Source of the DNA: Mytilus edulis
Taxonomy: Eukaryota
Direction: 5' to 3'
Assembly: GCF_963676685.1 (NCBI RefSeq)
Contig: NC_092348.1
Location: forward strand, 81,034,001-81,098,000
DNA length: 64,000 bases
Both the position numbers and the translations under genes were made by a program. Under the pieces are notes generated by a model that had not been told where the DNA came from, made no database searches, and worked only from the letters and a program-made list of their open reading frames with translations. Of the stretch, positions 25,752 to 39,300 are shown piece after piece (the first letter of the stretch is position 1; each line of letters opens with the position of its first letter).

Positions 25752-26740
25752 TTCTCTTATGGTTGGGGCCTGTTATCTAACTCCCACGTGAATAGATATT
25801 TTTCGTATCACACCGTACGGAGTGTGATATGAAAAAGTGATATCAAAATTACGTTAATTTGATTGGCTTATCTTGTAAATTTCCAATATTTTCATTGGCC
25901 GTTGATCAGGTCATTATTCAATGGAAAAGGTCATGACGGGACTACTTTTTTTCTTGACAACTGATTGTTTACTTCCGGTTTTCGCGATTTTCGTCTGCTT
26001 TATCGTCTGCATTATCTAATATAAATCTTATTATGGACGAAGAAATAAAGAAAGGAACCCGTGAACGGTTATGTAACGGAGCAAAGGGCATTATAACTGG
26101 CACAACTTCCAATTTCAATTTCCCTCTGTATGCGACAGTAAAACTACCGATGGACGTCCGCAAAGCTTCAAATACAATACAGTTATCTCTATTCTAATGC
26201 AACACAAGTTCATAATTAAATTTCAGTGTAAAATCTTCATTTAAGAAAACTCCGCGAAAAGATGTTATCTTCTTTGGTCCCTACACTACGTGACGTCATA
26301 GGTATGCTTCCGGTGTCATACATAAACACCGGGCATTTTCTGGCTTCTGTGCCGCTTCAGAATGTAATAAAATTTGATAAAAAGAAGATTTTAAGGCGCA
26401 ACAAGTGAGTTATTTGTTAATTATTGTAGAAATAACGTGTCAATACACTTGTTACAAACTAGATAACAAGCCCCAACCATAAGAGAAAGATCAGTACGCG
26501 TTGCAAAGAAAAACGGCCGTAGCAACACAACTCGCAACAAATAGGCCACGCACATACAACTTTTTGCCATAAGAGAAATAGGTTTAACAACTTGTGAGAA
26601 TTAGATATCGCTTGATATCAACTCTCGTTATTTAATTTCAATAATAATAAACTCGCCATAGGCTCGTTTATTATTATTGAAATTAAATAACTCGAGTTGA
26701 TATCAATCGATATCTAATTCTCACTCGTTATGAAACCTAT
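25752..26740. mobile_element. Hairpin-ended element(s): 28-bp inverted repeats (25752-25779 / 26460-26487), small hairpin at ~25798-25835, ~80-bp-arm terminal hairpin at 26578-26740
   Basis: The inverted repeats can be read directly from the sequence. The body shares motifs with 14650-14890. Confidence 0.6.
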
Positions 26741-27002
26741 AAATATCATATTTACAATGGAAGTTGTACATTATTAGTATTCACGCATCAACTGAAATTA
26801 AAACTCACTACATCAAAATACTGCATGACGTTAGAAAAACCCAACAAAAATTCATGGTAAGAGTTTGTTATCTGATGATCCCTCACCGTTTAAATAAAGT
26901 AAAAGTAAAAGAAAAAAAAACAACATCCAGTTGCCTAAAATATTAAGGATAAGAAAATGAAGTGTCAACACATGTCAATGATAATTTAACAAAGAATAAA
27001 GT

Positions 27003-27130
27003 CTCATGATATTGCACGGACAATATATTCTTTTTGTGAAATGTTAAATGTTTTATATACACTGATATACACTCATATACACTGAAACATCTCTGGTTGT
27101 TTTCCAATCTCTGAAAGACATGATAATTGT
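27003..27130 (-). repeat. Tandem duplicate of the 3' part of gene B last exon, in the 3' UTR
   Basis: Closely resembles ~27132-27240, with two extra 10-bp ATATACACTG/C units. Confidence 0.75.
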
Positions 27131-27131
27131 C

Positions 27132-27325
27132 TTATGATATTGAACGGACAATAGATTCTTTTTGTGTGTTGTTAAATGTTTCATATACACTGAAACATCT
27201 CTGGTTGCTTTCCAGTCCCCTTAAGACCTGATGACTTGTAAAAGCGGACAATTCCTGGTTATACAAATTACCCGGAACTAACTGATTTGATCCTCTGTCC
27301 CTCACATATGTCACAAATACATCAG
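27132..27325 (-). CDS. Gene B last coding exon (ADVFVTYVRDRGS...LYNQEL...VRSIS*)
   Basis: Acceptor TGTTACAG. 194 nt long and homologous to 1398-1591. Confidence 0.88.
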
Positions 27326-30300
27326 CTGTAACATAAATATTAGATAAGTTTTTGATGCATAAAACTTACTGTTAAACATATAAAACAAGAATGTGTCCAT
27401 AGTACACGGATGCCCCACTCGCACTACCATTTTCTATGTTTAGTGGACCGTGATATTGGGGGTAAAACTCTAATTTAGAATTTAAATTAGGAAGATCATA
27501 TCATAGGGGACCATAGGGGAAGTTAACCTGAAGCGGGACAGACGGACGAACGGACGCACAGACCAGAAAACATAATGCCCCTCTACTATCGTAGGTGGGG
27601 CATAAAAAAACTTTCTAATCAAAATAACTCAGGAAGTTAATCGTCTTAGTCAACAATAAAATGAGAACTGACCTCACATCAATGTTGTGTTGCACAGTGG
27701 AGGCGCCAAAACACAATATGATGTCTGCGGCAGCGACTGTTATTATGTATGGCAAGAGGTCACCTAAGAATGAGCTAAACGGTATTGTAATGATTCTTTG
27801 TCATGTACGTGCACAGAGTTTAACTCTTTATGTATCAAAACAATTTACTAAGACGACGGTCCATTAAAAAGTGCAACAAATGATTACAGGACTGATTAAT
27901 GTGATCTGTATTATCGATGACGTGGGAAGGCATCTTGGTGTAGCATTATAGCTTCGATTGCTGGAAATAATGGGTTCGGATCCAGCCAGGATCCAACCTA
28001 GACATTAAAGGATTCAGCGAAAAAAATAGTGGGCTCGAAATAAATTGGCGTGGTAGGGTGGCATGTTTTCCTGCGAGCTGTATAACAATATGGCAGCTGT
28101 TATCAATAATTCGTTCCTATATATGTTGGCGTTTGTTTTTGTAGCTGTTCAGTGTTTCTTGTGTTTCGTTGTTTTCCTCTTACACTTGATGTGTTTTGTT
28201 TTTTGACAAAGATTAGTCTCAGTTAAATTGATTTATAACTATCGAACAGCGGTATACTACTATTGCCTGTATGTACAATTGTTTTATGTAAAAGACTTAC
28301 CACCAAGTTTCTGAGCAGCTTGTACAGTCACAAGCTTCTTATCGCCTAAGTCCTGTCCAGGATTCTCTAAGATCACATTGCGCTCATTGAAGTCGACAAA
28401 TACAAAGATGTATCTTGCACCTGGAATATTTAGGATATCTTCATGTCTCCTGACCAGATGCTGAATGATTTCTATGTTTCCTCCTCTATTCTTTGTTGCT
28501 AGAGCCGACTTTACCAATTGTTTGTGCAAATTCATAGTTTCAGAGTAAAAACTCAATACACATACTTTGTTATCAAAGACCGGAACTCTTTGGATCCTAT
28601 CCAGTATACTAGGAGCCCTCTAAAATAGTAGCGAAAAACTCCATTCAAACAGTTTAAATATGTTAATACTATTAAGTAAAAGAGGAACGAAAGATACCAG
28701 AGGGACAGTCAAACTCATAAATTGAAAATAAACTGACAACGCCATGACTGAAACTAAAAAGACAAACTGAAGACACAACATTGAAAACTAAACACTAAGC
28801 AACACAAACCCCACCAAAAACTTGGGGTGAAATCAGGTGCTCCGGAAGGGTAAGTTTATCCTGCTCCAAGTGAGTACACATGCTAGATAAGACACAATGC
28901 CGTTATGAGTTTTCTTATTTTCATTTTGTAAATGAAAATAAATCTGAAATTTGATCCTGCTTTCATAGGGAATCGTTTCGTTCACTCAAAAACACATTCG
29001 TACCATACACGTTCACAACTTGGGTCCGTTAAACTCTGGGTTTTTTTGGTGATTAAAAGATTGATTATCAATAATGTTTTATATAAGATTATTTTTAATT
29101 GGTATTCTCAAAGCTTATTTGATATTAGTGTAATGTGTTTGGTGTAAAGTAAAATACTAAAGTTAGCGTGTAGGAGAAAAAACAATGAGGAATGTTCATG
29201 AAAAAATGAAAATTAACAGTTTGTTACTAATTTGATAGTCGTTTAAAAAATTAATCAGTTAAAAAAAACTTTAAAAAGGGTGCAAACGTGTGAAGTGCGA
29301 CGCGACCCCCTGCAAAGGCGAAAGAGAAGGTGAATCAACCAATTCGTTTCAATTTGCTAAATCAATTCTTTCCAACAGTGTTAAACCATTTGGACTATTA
29401 AAACAACCTTATTACTTTTAAATCTACTGTATATACATGTATGTGTACATGGAAAACATTCGTAAATATAAATCGAAATGCAGACATCTTATACGTTCAG
29501 GTATTTCACATTCAATTTTTTATGGTAATATGTTTTACAAAGCACAAGAATGTCGGCAACAGACTTATTTGAAACAAGGGATATAGTTACGATACTGTTG
29601 TCAGGCTATAAAAGATGGCATATTTGGCTTTATATTGATTCACTTATATGGCCAATTTTTGGCATGATACAGGTTATTTTCTTCTTATATATTTTATGAT
29701 GGTAGGATATTAAACTCCTGACAGGAGAGATTGTGCTTGGTATTTATATGATGAAGACATATTTTTTCAATCAGTTGAATTGAGATCAGGAGCTGGCATG
29801 TCAGTAACGTTTAGTAGTCCTTTTTTGATTTATGTATCATTGTCATTTTGTTTAGTTTCTTTTGTTACCTCATCTGACAGCACACTCAGTCTTCTTTTAA
29901 ATAGAATTGGCTAGATGTATTGAGGTAGGTTTGAGATCTAAAAAAAACCATATTAACTACGCCGCATTTTTGCGCCTGTTCCAAGTCAAGAGTCGCTGGC
30001 CTTATTTGTCTCGTGTGATTTTTAGATTTAGTTTCTTTTATATATTTCGGAGATGAGTATGACGTCCATTATCAATGAACACATTTGTGTTTAGGGGCCA
30101 GCTGCAGAAAGACTCAGGGTGTGAGATTTTCTCGTTGTCTTGAATACACATAGGCTGTTTTCCGCTCTTTGATCGGGTTGTTGTATCTTTGACAAATCCC
30201 CCATTTCCAATCCGAAATCTTATATAAAATAAATATGAGTAATAATTAAACATGTATTTCTTTTGTTAATACTGTATATGATAGCATCTATCTTAGCAAA

Positions 30301-33300
30301 TATTTCTTTACACTATTAATTAGTCCAGTCAACCTAGGAAAATGTAATTGCAACAGAATATTTTTAAGTTTTAATCTTTAGCATTATAACCCAATTATAC
30401 ATAGAAAAAGTCAAACAAAATAATTTGAGGAAATTAAAAAATCACGATTTTAAATTTCCTATGGAGATTTGCATTGAAATGGGAGATATAAACTCTACAA
30501 AAAAGGCAGAAATATCAATAAAAATTGATTAAAAATTATAACTTTACTACTTCTATTCAGCAGAAAGTTTTGATTCTTGATATTTTGGCCGTATTAGAGT
30601 ATTACAAAAGGATATAAATGTGTTCTCATATATCTTTTATCAAACTTGAACCTAAATTTCGTAATTCAGTAATTGACCATTTATTTAATTTTTCAACATG
30701 TCAAGGTAAAGAATCTCAAATTAAATAAAAATAATCAAACGTATATTCTTCTGTTTGTGGTTTAAAGTTTCTTTAAACAAATATAATTTACAGATATAAA
30801 AAATACCAAATTTTCACAATATTTTTTTAAATAGTCACTCAGCCATAAATTTGCAGCTCTGTAATGAAAAATGCACCCAAAAAAAGAGTACTCATAACAC
30901 TTTGGTTTTATTCATTTCATGTGCAGAAGATGATATATCAAAGTCAAATACGAACGTATATCCCCATTAAAGCATCAGTCTTTATTTGAATTTTAAGAAA
31001 CTGACTCATTTTTTCCCCTTTCCAATGTAAATTTCCATGCATTTATCAAAAGAATGAATTAATGTTGCGCCTACCATTAAACAATAAAATGAATTAGTAA
31101 AGCACGCATGAATTAAAATAATATATATGAAATTGTGTTGTTGCATGTTCATATATACACGCGTTCGTATATATTTAGTAACTTCATAAATTCTCATTGC
31201 TTCTTAAAATATTTAAAGACATTCTTATATTTTACCAAGATGAAATGATTTGTCTTCTTTCTATTTACAGAGGGAAATGATAACATTAAATTGAAGTTTT
31301 ATCTGTTTTTCAACTTATTTTTATTATCATTATATACAATAACGTTTTCCTGTGAAATCATAATTGATACCGCCCGCGTTAAACTGAGACAAACATTAAA
31401 AAGTTTTAAGTTTTTACAGGGGATGTAATATTTTGTCACTAGATTTTCCACTGTAGTTTATAAATCTCGTCTATATCCGCTTTACCATTAATTAATTTTC
31501 AAAGAATGTAGTAGTTTATAGCATATATCTGTTCATGTTTATTAACCCATAGAAACACTACTTCTTATTTATATTGTATAATTATATTTTTTGCGCTTTT
31601 TTTAAATTTTAAATAAAGGCAACAGTAGTATACCGCTGTTCAAAACTCATAAATCCATGGACGAAAAACAAAATCGGGGTAACAAACTAAAACTGAGGGA
31701 AACGCATTAAATATAAGAGGAGAACCACGACCCAACATTAAAATGTAACACACACAGAAACGGACTAAGCATTAGACAAAATCATATGAGAATAACAAAT
31801 ATAACATCAAAACCAAATACATGAACTGGGGATAGATAAGTTAGATAAAATAATATAAAACATTGTTTAAACTAAACACTAATACTGAATGCTATATTTT
31901 GTCGGTATTTAAATGTGGCATTGCACAAGGTTTGATTTTCTAAAGTGCAGGAAATTTATTTCCCCTGAATCCATAGGAGGTGTGCATATAGGCATCTTTT
32001 TCTGGGAAATCGTGATCTATTTATTAGCCGATAAAACAAAAAGCACTCAAATAACAGTTCTGTTCTTTTGATTAATTTCATGCTGAACATTAATTATTTT
32101 TGTTTTTTGGCTTTTTAATTTTGTAACAAAATTACCTGTGACAAAAAGGGTGGAGTCGAATGCGATTCTATTCTCTCATGCTCTCTAAATTGCGTTCCGC
32201 CATTATCATAGCGATAATATGTCATATAAAAAAGCGCACCAATCAACATAAATGCCAAAGCTACACATACATTGATGGGTTGGAACAGTCCTACAATGAA
32301 ACGTTTCTTAAATTAGAAGTATTTGATAGTATTTTATGTTTTTCTGATGCCAATATAAAATAAACTTTACTTATTGGATTCAATTAATATTCTTATTCCT
32401 ATATGTGTCTTGAAAAAGTTAAGTCAATTGAGTAAACCTTGCGAAATAAGTGCATGAATAAGTCAAATTGAATTTTACGATGAGAGGGAACGTTTTCTAA
32501 CTCACTTTTAGAATGTTTTGTCAAACGTAAAAGTAACTCTTTAATTACTGTAACATTTCAACTTCATCGTAGCCAGTGCCTACTGAAAATATGTTTTTAT
32601 GATTATTTAATAAAAATAAATATAAATATTTTGATAAAAAAAAAGACTGTGGAGTCTTATAATTTATAATTCATTTATATTATCAAATTTCAACTGTTTT
32701 CTTATATCCTTGTTTTTCTGACGGAAAATTGTTATACAAATATTGATATAATATATAACAATAAACTAGAGTATATTTATAACAAATGATAATATCACTA
32801 CAATTTAATTTATAATACGGTGAAGTTGAATTCCCTGTCATTTATTCACATCTACACATGAAATTGTCACATGAAAAACTATATCTATATACCTTAACCT
32901 AACTTTCAAGTATAGAAATGTGATTTTTATTTTGAGTCAAGTGCTTGTGACCATCCACTCAAATTTGTGGTAATCCGATGTTCAGTACTTCAGTACTTTG
33001 AATACTTTTGAAAGTTTATTTTTAACTATTACGGATTTTGTCTATGTATAACAGCTTTAGATATAGAGGACACAACTTAAACTTTACCTCTTTGTTCTAG
33101 TTTGGGCCGTTTCGGTATTGAGGCGAGGTTGTTGGACACATTTTCAAAACTATTTACCAAAATAATGATTGATGTTAAGTGGAATATTAAAACAAGTATG
33201 CTTAGGGCCATTTCGGTATTGAGGCGAGGTTGTTGGGCACATTTTCAAAACTATTTACCAAAATAATGATTGATGTTAAGTGGAATATTAAAACAAGTAT

Positions 33301-36300
33301 GCTTAGGGCCATTTCGGTATTGAGGCGAGGTTGTTGGACACATTTTCAAAACTATTTACCAAAATAATGATTGATGTTAAGTGGAATATTAAAACAAGTA
33401 TGCTTAACATCTTTTTTACAATGATAGTTTTAAAGTTTGATATCCTATATTGAAAAGTAAATCAAGTCAAGTTTTAAAAAAAATGATTGCTTAATTTTGC
33501 AATTAAGATTATAACGTATCATATAAGGAATCGTATTCCAGATACAATCTAAACAATAACGGTTTACAAATTGCATATAAATATTGTTTAGATTAATCCC
33601 GAATTTAAGTCCAACTACAAACATCCTAAATCGTGAATGCTTACTGCAAAACAAAAAATATTATATTTAAATTATGTTAAATATTTCACAGCCGAATCGA
33701 TTTAAAACGTGGAGACACGGATGCAGGCCTCATTTGTATTGTTCAGAGACCTGACTCTGTAATCTTATCATTGATTTTATTTGCAGATTATCAAATTTTA
33801 AGATATAAAAGCATCTGTGACGATTCATGCCAACTTCATAATACCCATTTATATTTACTTATTAAAAAAGTTGCATAGTTGCTAAAAAAAACTACATACC
33901 CGTATTTTGTGATTGCAGATTCCTAACTTGGATATCAAGTTCCCTGACTTTGGGACCCGTGTATTCTTCAAATAATTTCATTTTATTAACATCTTTGCTG
34001 AGGGAATCCACATTACTTTTAAAATGTCCAAGCTTCCCGTTGTAATCGTCTACTTTGGTAACCATGCTTCCTATTTTAACTTCTGTTTTGGAAATGTCAG
34101 TATTTAATTCACTTGTCTTCTCTAAAATTTTACCTTTCGATGTTTCTAAATCTTCTGATAATTTCGTCAATCTATGTGTTAAGTTGTCGTCAGTCTTTGA
34201 TATGTGTTGTTTGAGCTTTGTTATATCTTCATTAGACAGCTTTACTTGCTCTTCAATATTTGTCTGTTGTTCCACAGCAGAAGAAACTGCATTACTTACA
34301 CTTTCTGATGATTCCTTCAAATCTTTTAATCTCGACTCAGTATTATTTACTTCCATTTCTAAATCACGAAGTTGAACTTTATTATCCTCAAGGCTCCTTT
34401 GCATTAGAGGTAAAAGCTGATAACTGCTCCTAATCAAGGTAGCAGATTTGTTCATATTTTCTAAAGTAGGCAAATGTTTATTAATTTCATTAATTACTGT
34501 ATGTACTTCAGAGACAGATGTGTTGACATATTCAGCTTTATCACTTGCTTTGTTTAGCAAAACATTAAGACTTGTTTGATTTTGAAATGCTATTTCAAGT
34601 TTTTTCTTAATATCGGTCGTTTCATTGTTCATTGAGTCGATAGTTTTTGAGAAGTTTGAAATATCATTATCTGCCCTGGCAAGGGTTTTAGTAATTTCAA
34701 TAAATGTTTGCTGCTGTTGTGGTAAATCGACTTCCAGTTTACTACTGATCCCCTCTGTTAACTTTATTCTCATTTCTACGTTTTTCAAGGTATCGTTTGT
34801 TGTAGTCATCTTACTTTGCAAAATAACGACATGTGTATCAATATGTACTAATCGTTCCTCTAGTTTCAATAAATCGACATCTAAAATTGGCACTTTTTCG
34901 GAAAGTGTCTTCACTTTTTTCAAATATTCTTCATATTTCATCAACACTGCAAATTTATTTTCGATCTCGTATTGAGCTCGAATTATGTATACTGCCACAG
35001 CCATTGTAAACACTACAGCAGGTCTGAAAAGTGGATTGGTAAAATATATCGCAAACAATTCTTATATTTCAAAACCATTTAAAAGTCCCTTTGTAAACTC
35101 AAGTTAAGGCAAACGATCAAACAGCAGTGTAATATTATTTTTCTTGAGACAACTATTTAATTTGAATTTTCAATTTGGGATTGCAAAATACTATCCATGT
35201 GCGTGTGTGGATTGTTATTTTGATACCTACTATAAACATGCAGAAAAAATAAAACCGAATATACATTGCAAGCACAACTACAAGAACTAAAATATGAACA
35301 GAATTTAATGAGAAAAATTAAAACAAAGATTTGTTCATATTAAGTGAGCACATATCGACATATAATTATACGAAACAAATTACACAAACAGCTGCTTTGT
35401 GTTGTCTCGTACTTGTAATAATCAAGGTGCTCTGTGTTTAAGACTTCACTCAATATGACTCTATATATGTCACTATGCAGTTGCTTTGGGTTTTGCAAAG
35501 TATTTACAGGTGTTTTCTATGAAAAACTCATTAATTTAAAATATATTTATACCTTAAACATTTGATACATTTAAAGTTTAAATAAAGGCAAAACTAGTAT
35601 ATCGCTGTTTAAAAGGAAAATCAAGTCGTTAATATTCACAGAAATAAATACATATTGTCTGCACGCATATTATCACAACAAATTCAGTTAAAATGCTGTT
35701 CTTACATTCTACATATGGTTAATTGATGACGAAAATTGATAAGTATTGTTTGTGAAAGCCTTATGAAGCATTTGTCCTTTTTATCAAATGGATATCATAT
35801 ATTGCACAGTTGCGGCAAATATATAATAATATATCACACCTTTATGCGATTGCTTGTGCGACCAGTAACAGTGGTATCATTAATGGCATATCCACTGATA
35901 TGTCATCCCTAAGCAACGTTGGTACAATGTTAAAATAATGATGACTGGTATAGTTGCAGTGTACAGTATATCGTATGAGAGAAGTTTTCACAATAGAACA
36001 AAATACGAGGCTACGTCAGTTTAATGCTTTTCAAGTTTAAATAATTCAAAATGCAAAAGAAGTATTTAGATTTAGTCATAATTCGATTAAGCAAACCAAA
36101 TCCAGGTAACAAGTCATATTTTGACTATTGTATTTATTGTGTCTGTTTATTTAACGCATCAATGTAAAAATATCGGAAATTGATGAGACTGTCATTAAAG
36201 TGAGAGAGTTAGCGCTATAGAAACAGGTTAAATCCACCATTTTCTACATTTGAAAATGCCTGTACCAAGTCAGGAATATGACAGTTTTTGTCCATTCGTT

Positions 36301-39300
36301 TTTGATGCGTTTTGTTATTTGATTTTGCCATGTGATTATGGACTTTCCCAATTGATCTTCCTCTAAGTTCAGTATTTTTGTGATTTTACTTTTTTTTTTC
36401 ATATTCAAATAAATAAATAAATAGTCTTCACACACGTATTATCCCAACAAATTCAGTTAAAATACTGTTTTACGAAAAACTAAGGATTTTCTTATCCCAG
36501 GCATAGATTACCTTAGCCGTATTTGGCACAACTTTTTGGAATTTTGGATCCTCAATGCTCTTCAACTTTGTATTTGTTTGGCTTTATAAATATTTTGATA
36601 TGAGCGTCACTGATGAGTCTTATGTAGACGAAACGCGCGTCTGGCGTACTAAATTATAATCCTGGTACCTTTGATAACTATTTACACCACTGGGTCGATG
36701 CCACTGTTGGTGGACGTTTCGTCCCCGAGGGTATCACCAGCCCAGTAGTCAACACTTCGGTGTTGACATGAATATCAATAATGTGGTCATTTTAATAAAT
36801 TTCCTGTTACAAAACTTTGAATTTTACGAAAAACTAAGGATTTTTTTATCCCAGGCATAGATCACCTTAGCCGTATTTGGCACAACTTTTTGGAATTTTG
36901 GACCCTCAATGCTCTTCAACTTTGTACTTGTTTGGCTTTATAAATATTTTGATATGAGCGTCACTGATGAGTCTTATGTAGACGAAACGCGCGTCTGGCA
37001 TACTAAATTATAATCCTGGTACCTTTGATAACTATTTACACCACCGGGTCGATGCCACTGCTGGTGGACGTTTCGTCCCCGAGGGTATCACCAGCCCAGT
37101 AGTCAACACTTCGGTGTTGACATGAATATCAATAATGTGGTCATTTTAATAAATTTCCTGTTACAAAACTTTGAATTTTACGAAAAACTAAGGATTTTCT
37201 TATCCCAGGCATAGATTACATTAGCCGTATTTGGCACAACTTTTTGGAATTTTGGATCCTCAATGCTCTTCAACTTTGTACTTGTTTGGCTTTATAAATA
37301 TTTTGATATGAGCGTCACTGATGAGTCTTATGTAGACGAAACGCGCGTCTGGCGTACTAAATTATAATTCTGGTACCTTTGATAACTATTTATATTTTAC
37401 ATAAAAATTATGGCAAATTGATGACAAAAATGGATAATATATTATCTGTGAAAGCCTTGTGTAGCAGTTGTTCTAGTTATCCAAAGATACCATATATTGC
37501 ACAGTTCTGGCAATTACACAATAATATATAAAAACTGCAATTTACGCGATTGTATTTGCGACAAGTAACAGTGTTCCATTTGTGACAAAACAACTTTACT
37601 GGTATGCCATCACTAAGCAACGTTGGTACAATGTAAAAATAATGATGTCGGATATAATTGAGTGTACAATATATCGTATGAGACAATTTCTCAACATAGA
37701 ACAAAATACGATGATGTATATAAACACTACAAGTAACCGTGTTGACTTCAACAATGACCAAAACCCTCAAATATCTGGTTAACATTCGTTGTTTATCGCA
37801 TGTCGACCCTTTGGCTAAAATAGCTGTGTTTTAACAAAAAAATCAAAAACTGGATGTTGCAGTGGACTTTTTTTTAGTTTCTACAACAGGTGCCAAAAGC
37901 CCTAAATTTGAAAACTTCCCAACAGGTAATAATTGAAATGAACTGTTTTGCTCGACATGGACAAAAACGTAACAAACACTCTTGTAACATACACACTTTT
38001 GACAATATTATTTAAAACAAATCAATAGGGATTTCCTTCCCCTTGTGTGCTACCATTTAACGGTATCTAAGTTTGGTTCCAGTATATGTTTAGTCCTGGA
38101 CATATGATCGATAAACGCATTTTATATTTGTTTACAGAGACTATCACCTTTAAATATTGACCTCTGAATCCATAACAATCTTCCTAGTAACATAATACGC
38201 GAACCAAACAATTCTTATAGCTCTGTACCTACACGATTGGCAATTTTGATTTAAAAAAAACGTGTCACATCACAACTTATTCATGATCAGAAAACAAAAA
38301 TGGACGCCAAAATGGAGAAATATGCCTTGCGTAATCTAGCCAGAAGATATATATTCTGTAAGACAGTTTTCACTATTCACGATCATATATTTAGGAACAA
38401 ATATGGGTCTGCACAGTGTACAATATATCGTGTGATTGGTATTTACAAAGTGGTATGAAATAAGATTTGTTTTTGCTATATTTATGTTTGTTCTTTTTCA
38501 ACTTCATATGTTTTGGCCATCATTACTTCGTTTGATCCAAAATGCCTAATCTCGCGATCACTGATGAAAATAGCATAGGAAGATGTTACTAAATTGGAAA
38601 AACCTTTAATAGTAGCAAAACAACACACTTGACCGTTTTGTATTAGTGGAAAGATCTTCAACTCAAAACCAATGTCTATTTGTTATGATAAGTAAACGTT
38701 TCTTATCTTAACCATGTTCGAGTTATACACAAGAAGAAATATTGGCTTCTGTATTCCTGTAATAACTCTGTTAATTGACAGGTTCTTGGATACATACAAT
38801 TCCCACCAACGAACATGTTTGTCTTCCGTTGTGGTAAGGTTGTTGTTTGTATTCAAATATATAAATGAAAGAATTTCGAAGTTTCGATATTTGATTGGTT
38901 TTTTTTAACAATTTTTTAAAGAATATTTGGATTAACTCAGTAGGTATATAACAATGAATTTTAAATTATCAATGACGGTATCCTATAAACAATAACAAAG
39001 GTCTAGTGATAACCGACACTAAAAAATGTCATTGAATCAAAATGAAGCCTAAGCATACTTTCTACTTGAACAGTTTAAACAAGGAATATTCTAGTGTTGA
39101 CATTTGAAAACCAGATGCTCTGCAGGGCGTAGCTTTATACGACCGCAGAGGTTGAACCCTGAACGGTTGGGGCAAGTATGGACACAACATTCAAGCTGGA
39201 TTCAGCTCAAAATTTGGATTGTGATTAAATAGTTGACACAGCATAGGTTTCTGACACAGAATGAATGTGTTCTAATGAACTTAAAATTTTTGTTTTCTCT

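Larger units (their letters stand above)
36469..37392 (+). mobile_element. Non-LTR retrozyme: 2.6 tandem 354-bp units carrying three type I hammerhead ribozymes
   Basis: The motif GCGTCA-CTGATGA-GTCT(TATGT)AGAC-GAAA-CGCGCG-TC-TGGCGT has cores starting at 36610, 36964 and 37318, an exact 354-bp period. The units are nearly identical. Confidence 0.9.

Noticed and set aside
27935-28090. tRNA gene
   Set aside because: Only weak A/B-box-like remnants are present and no cloverleaf can be folded. It is probably a decayed SINE head.
34055-34975. Plus-strand ORFs of 106 and 116 aa (also 12027-12221)
   Set aside because: They are antisense shadows of the coiled-coil exons.
33892-35058. Calling the coiled-coil ORFs SMC, myosin or a bacterial chemoreceptor
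   Set aside because: No Walker motifs or motor domain are present. The ORFs are internal exons bounded by splice sites and TM segments.
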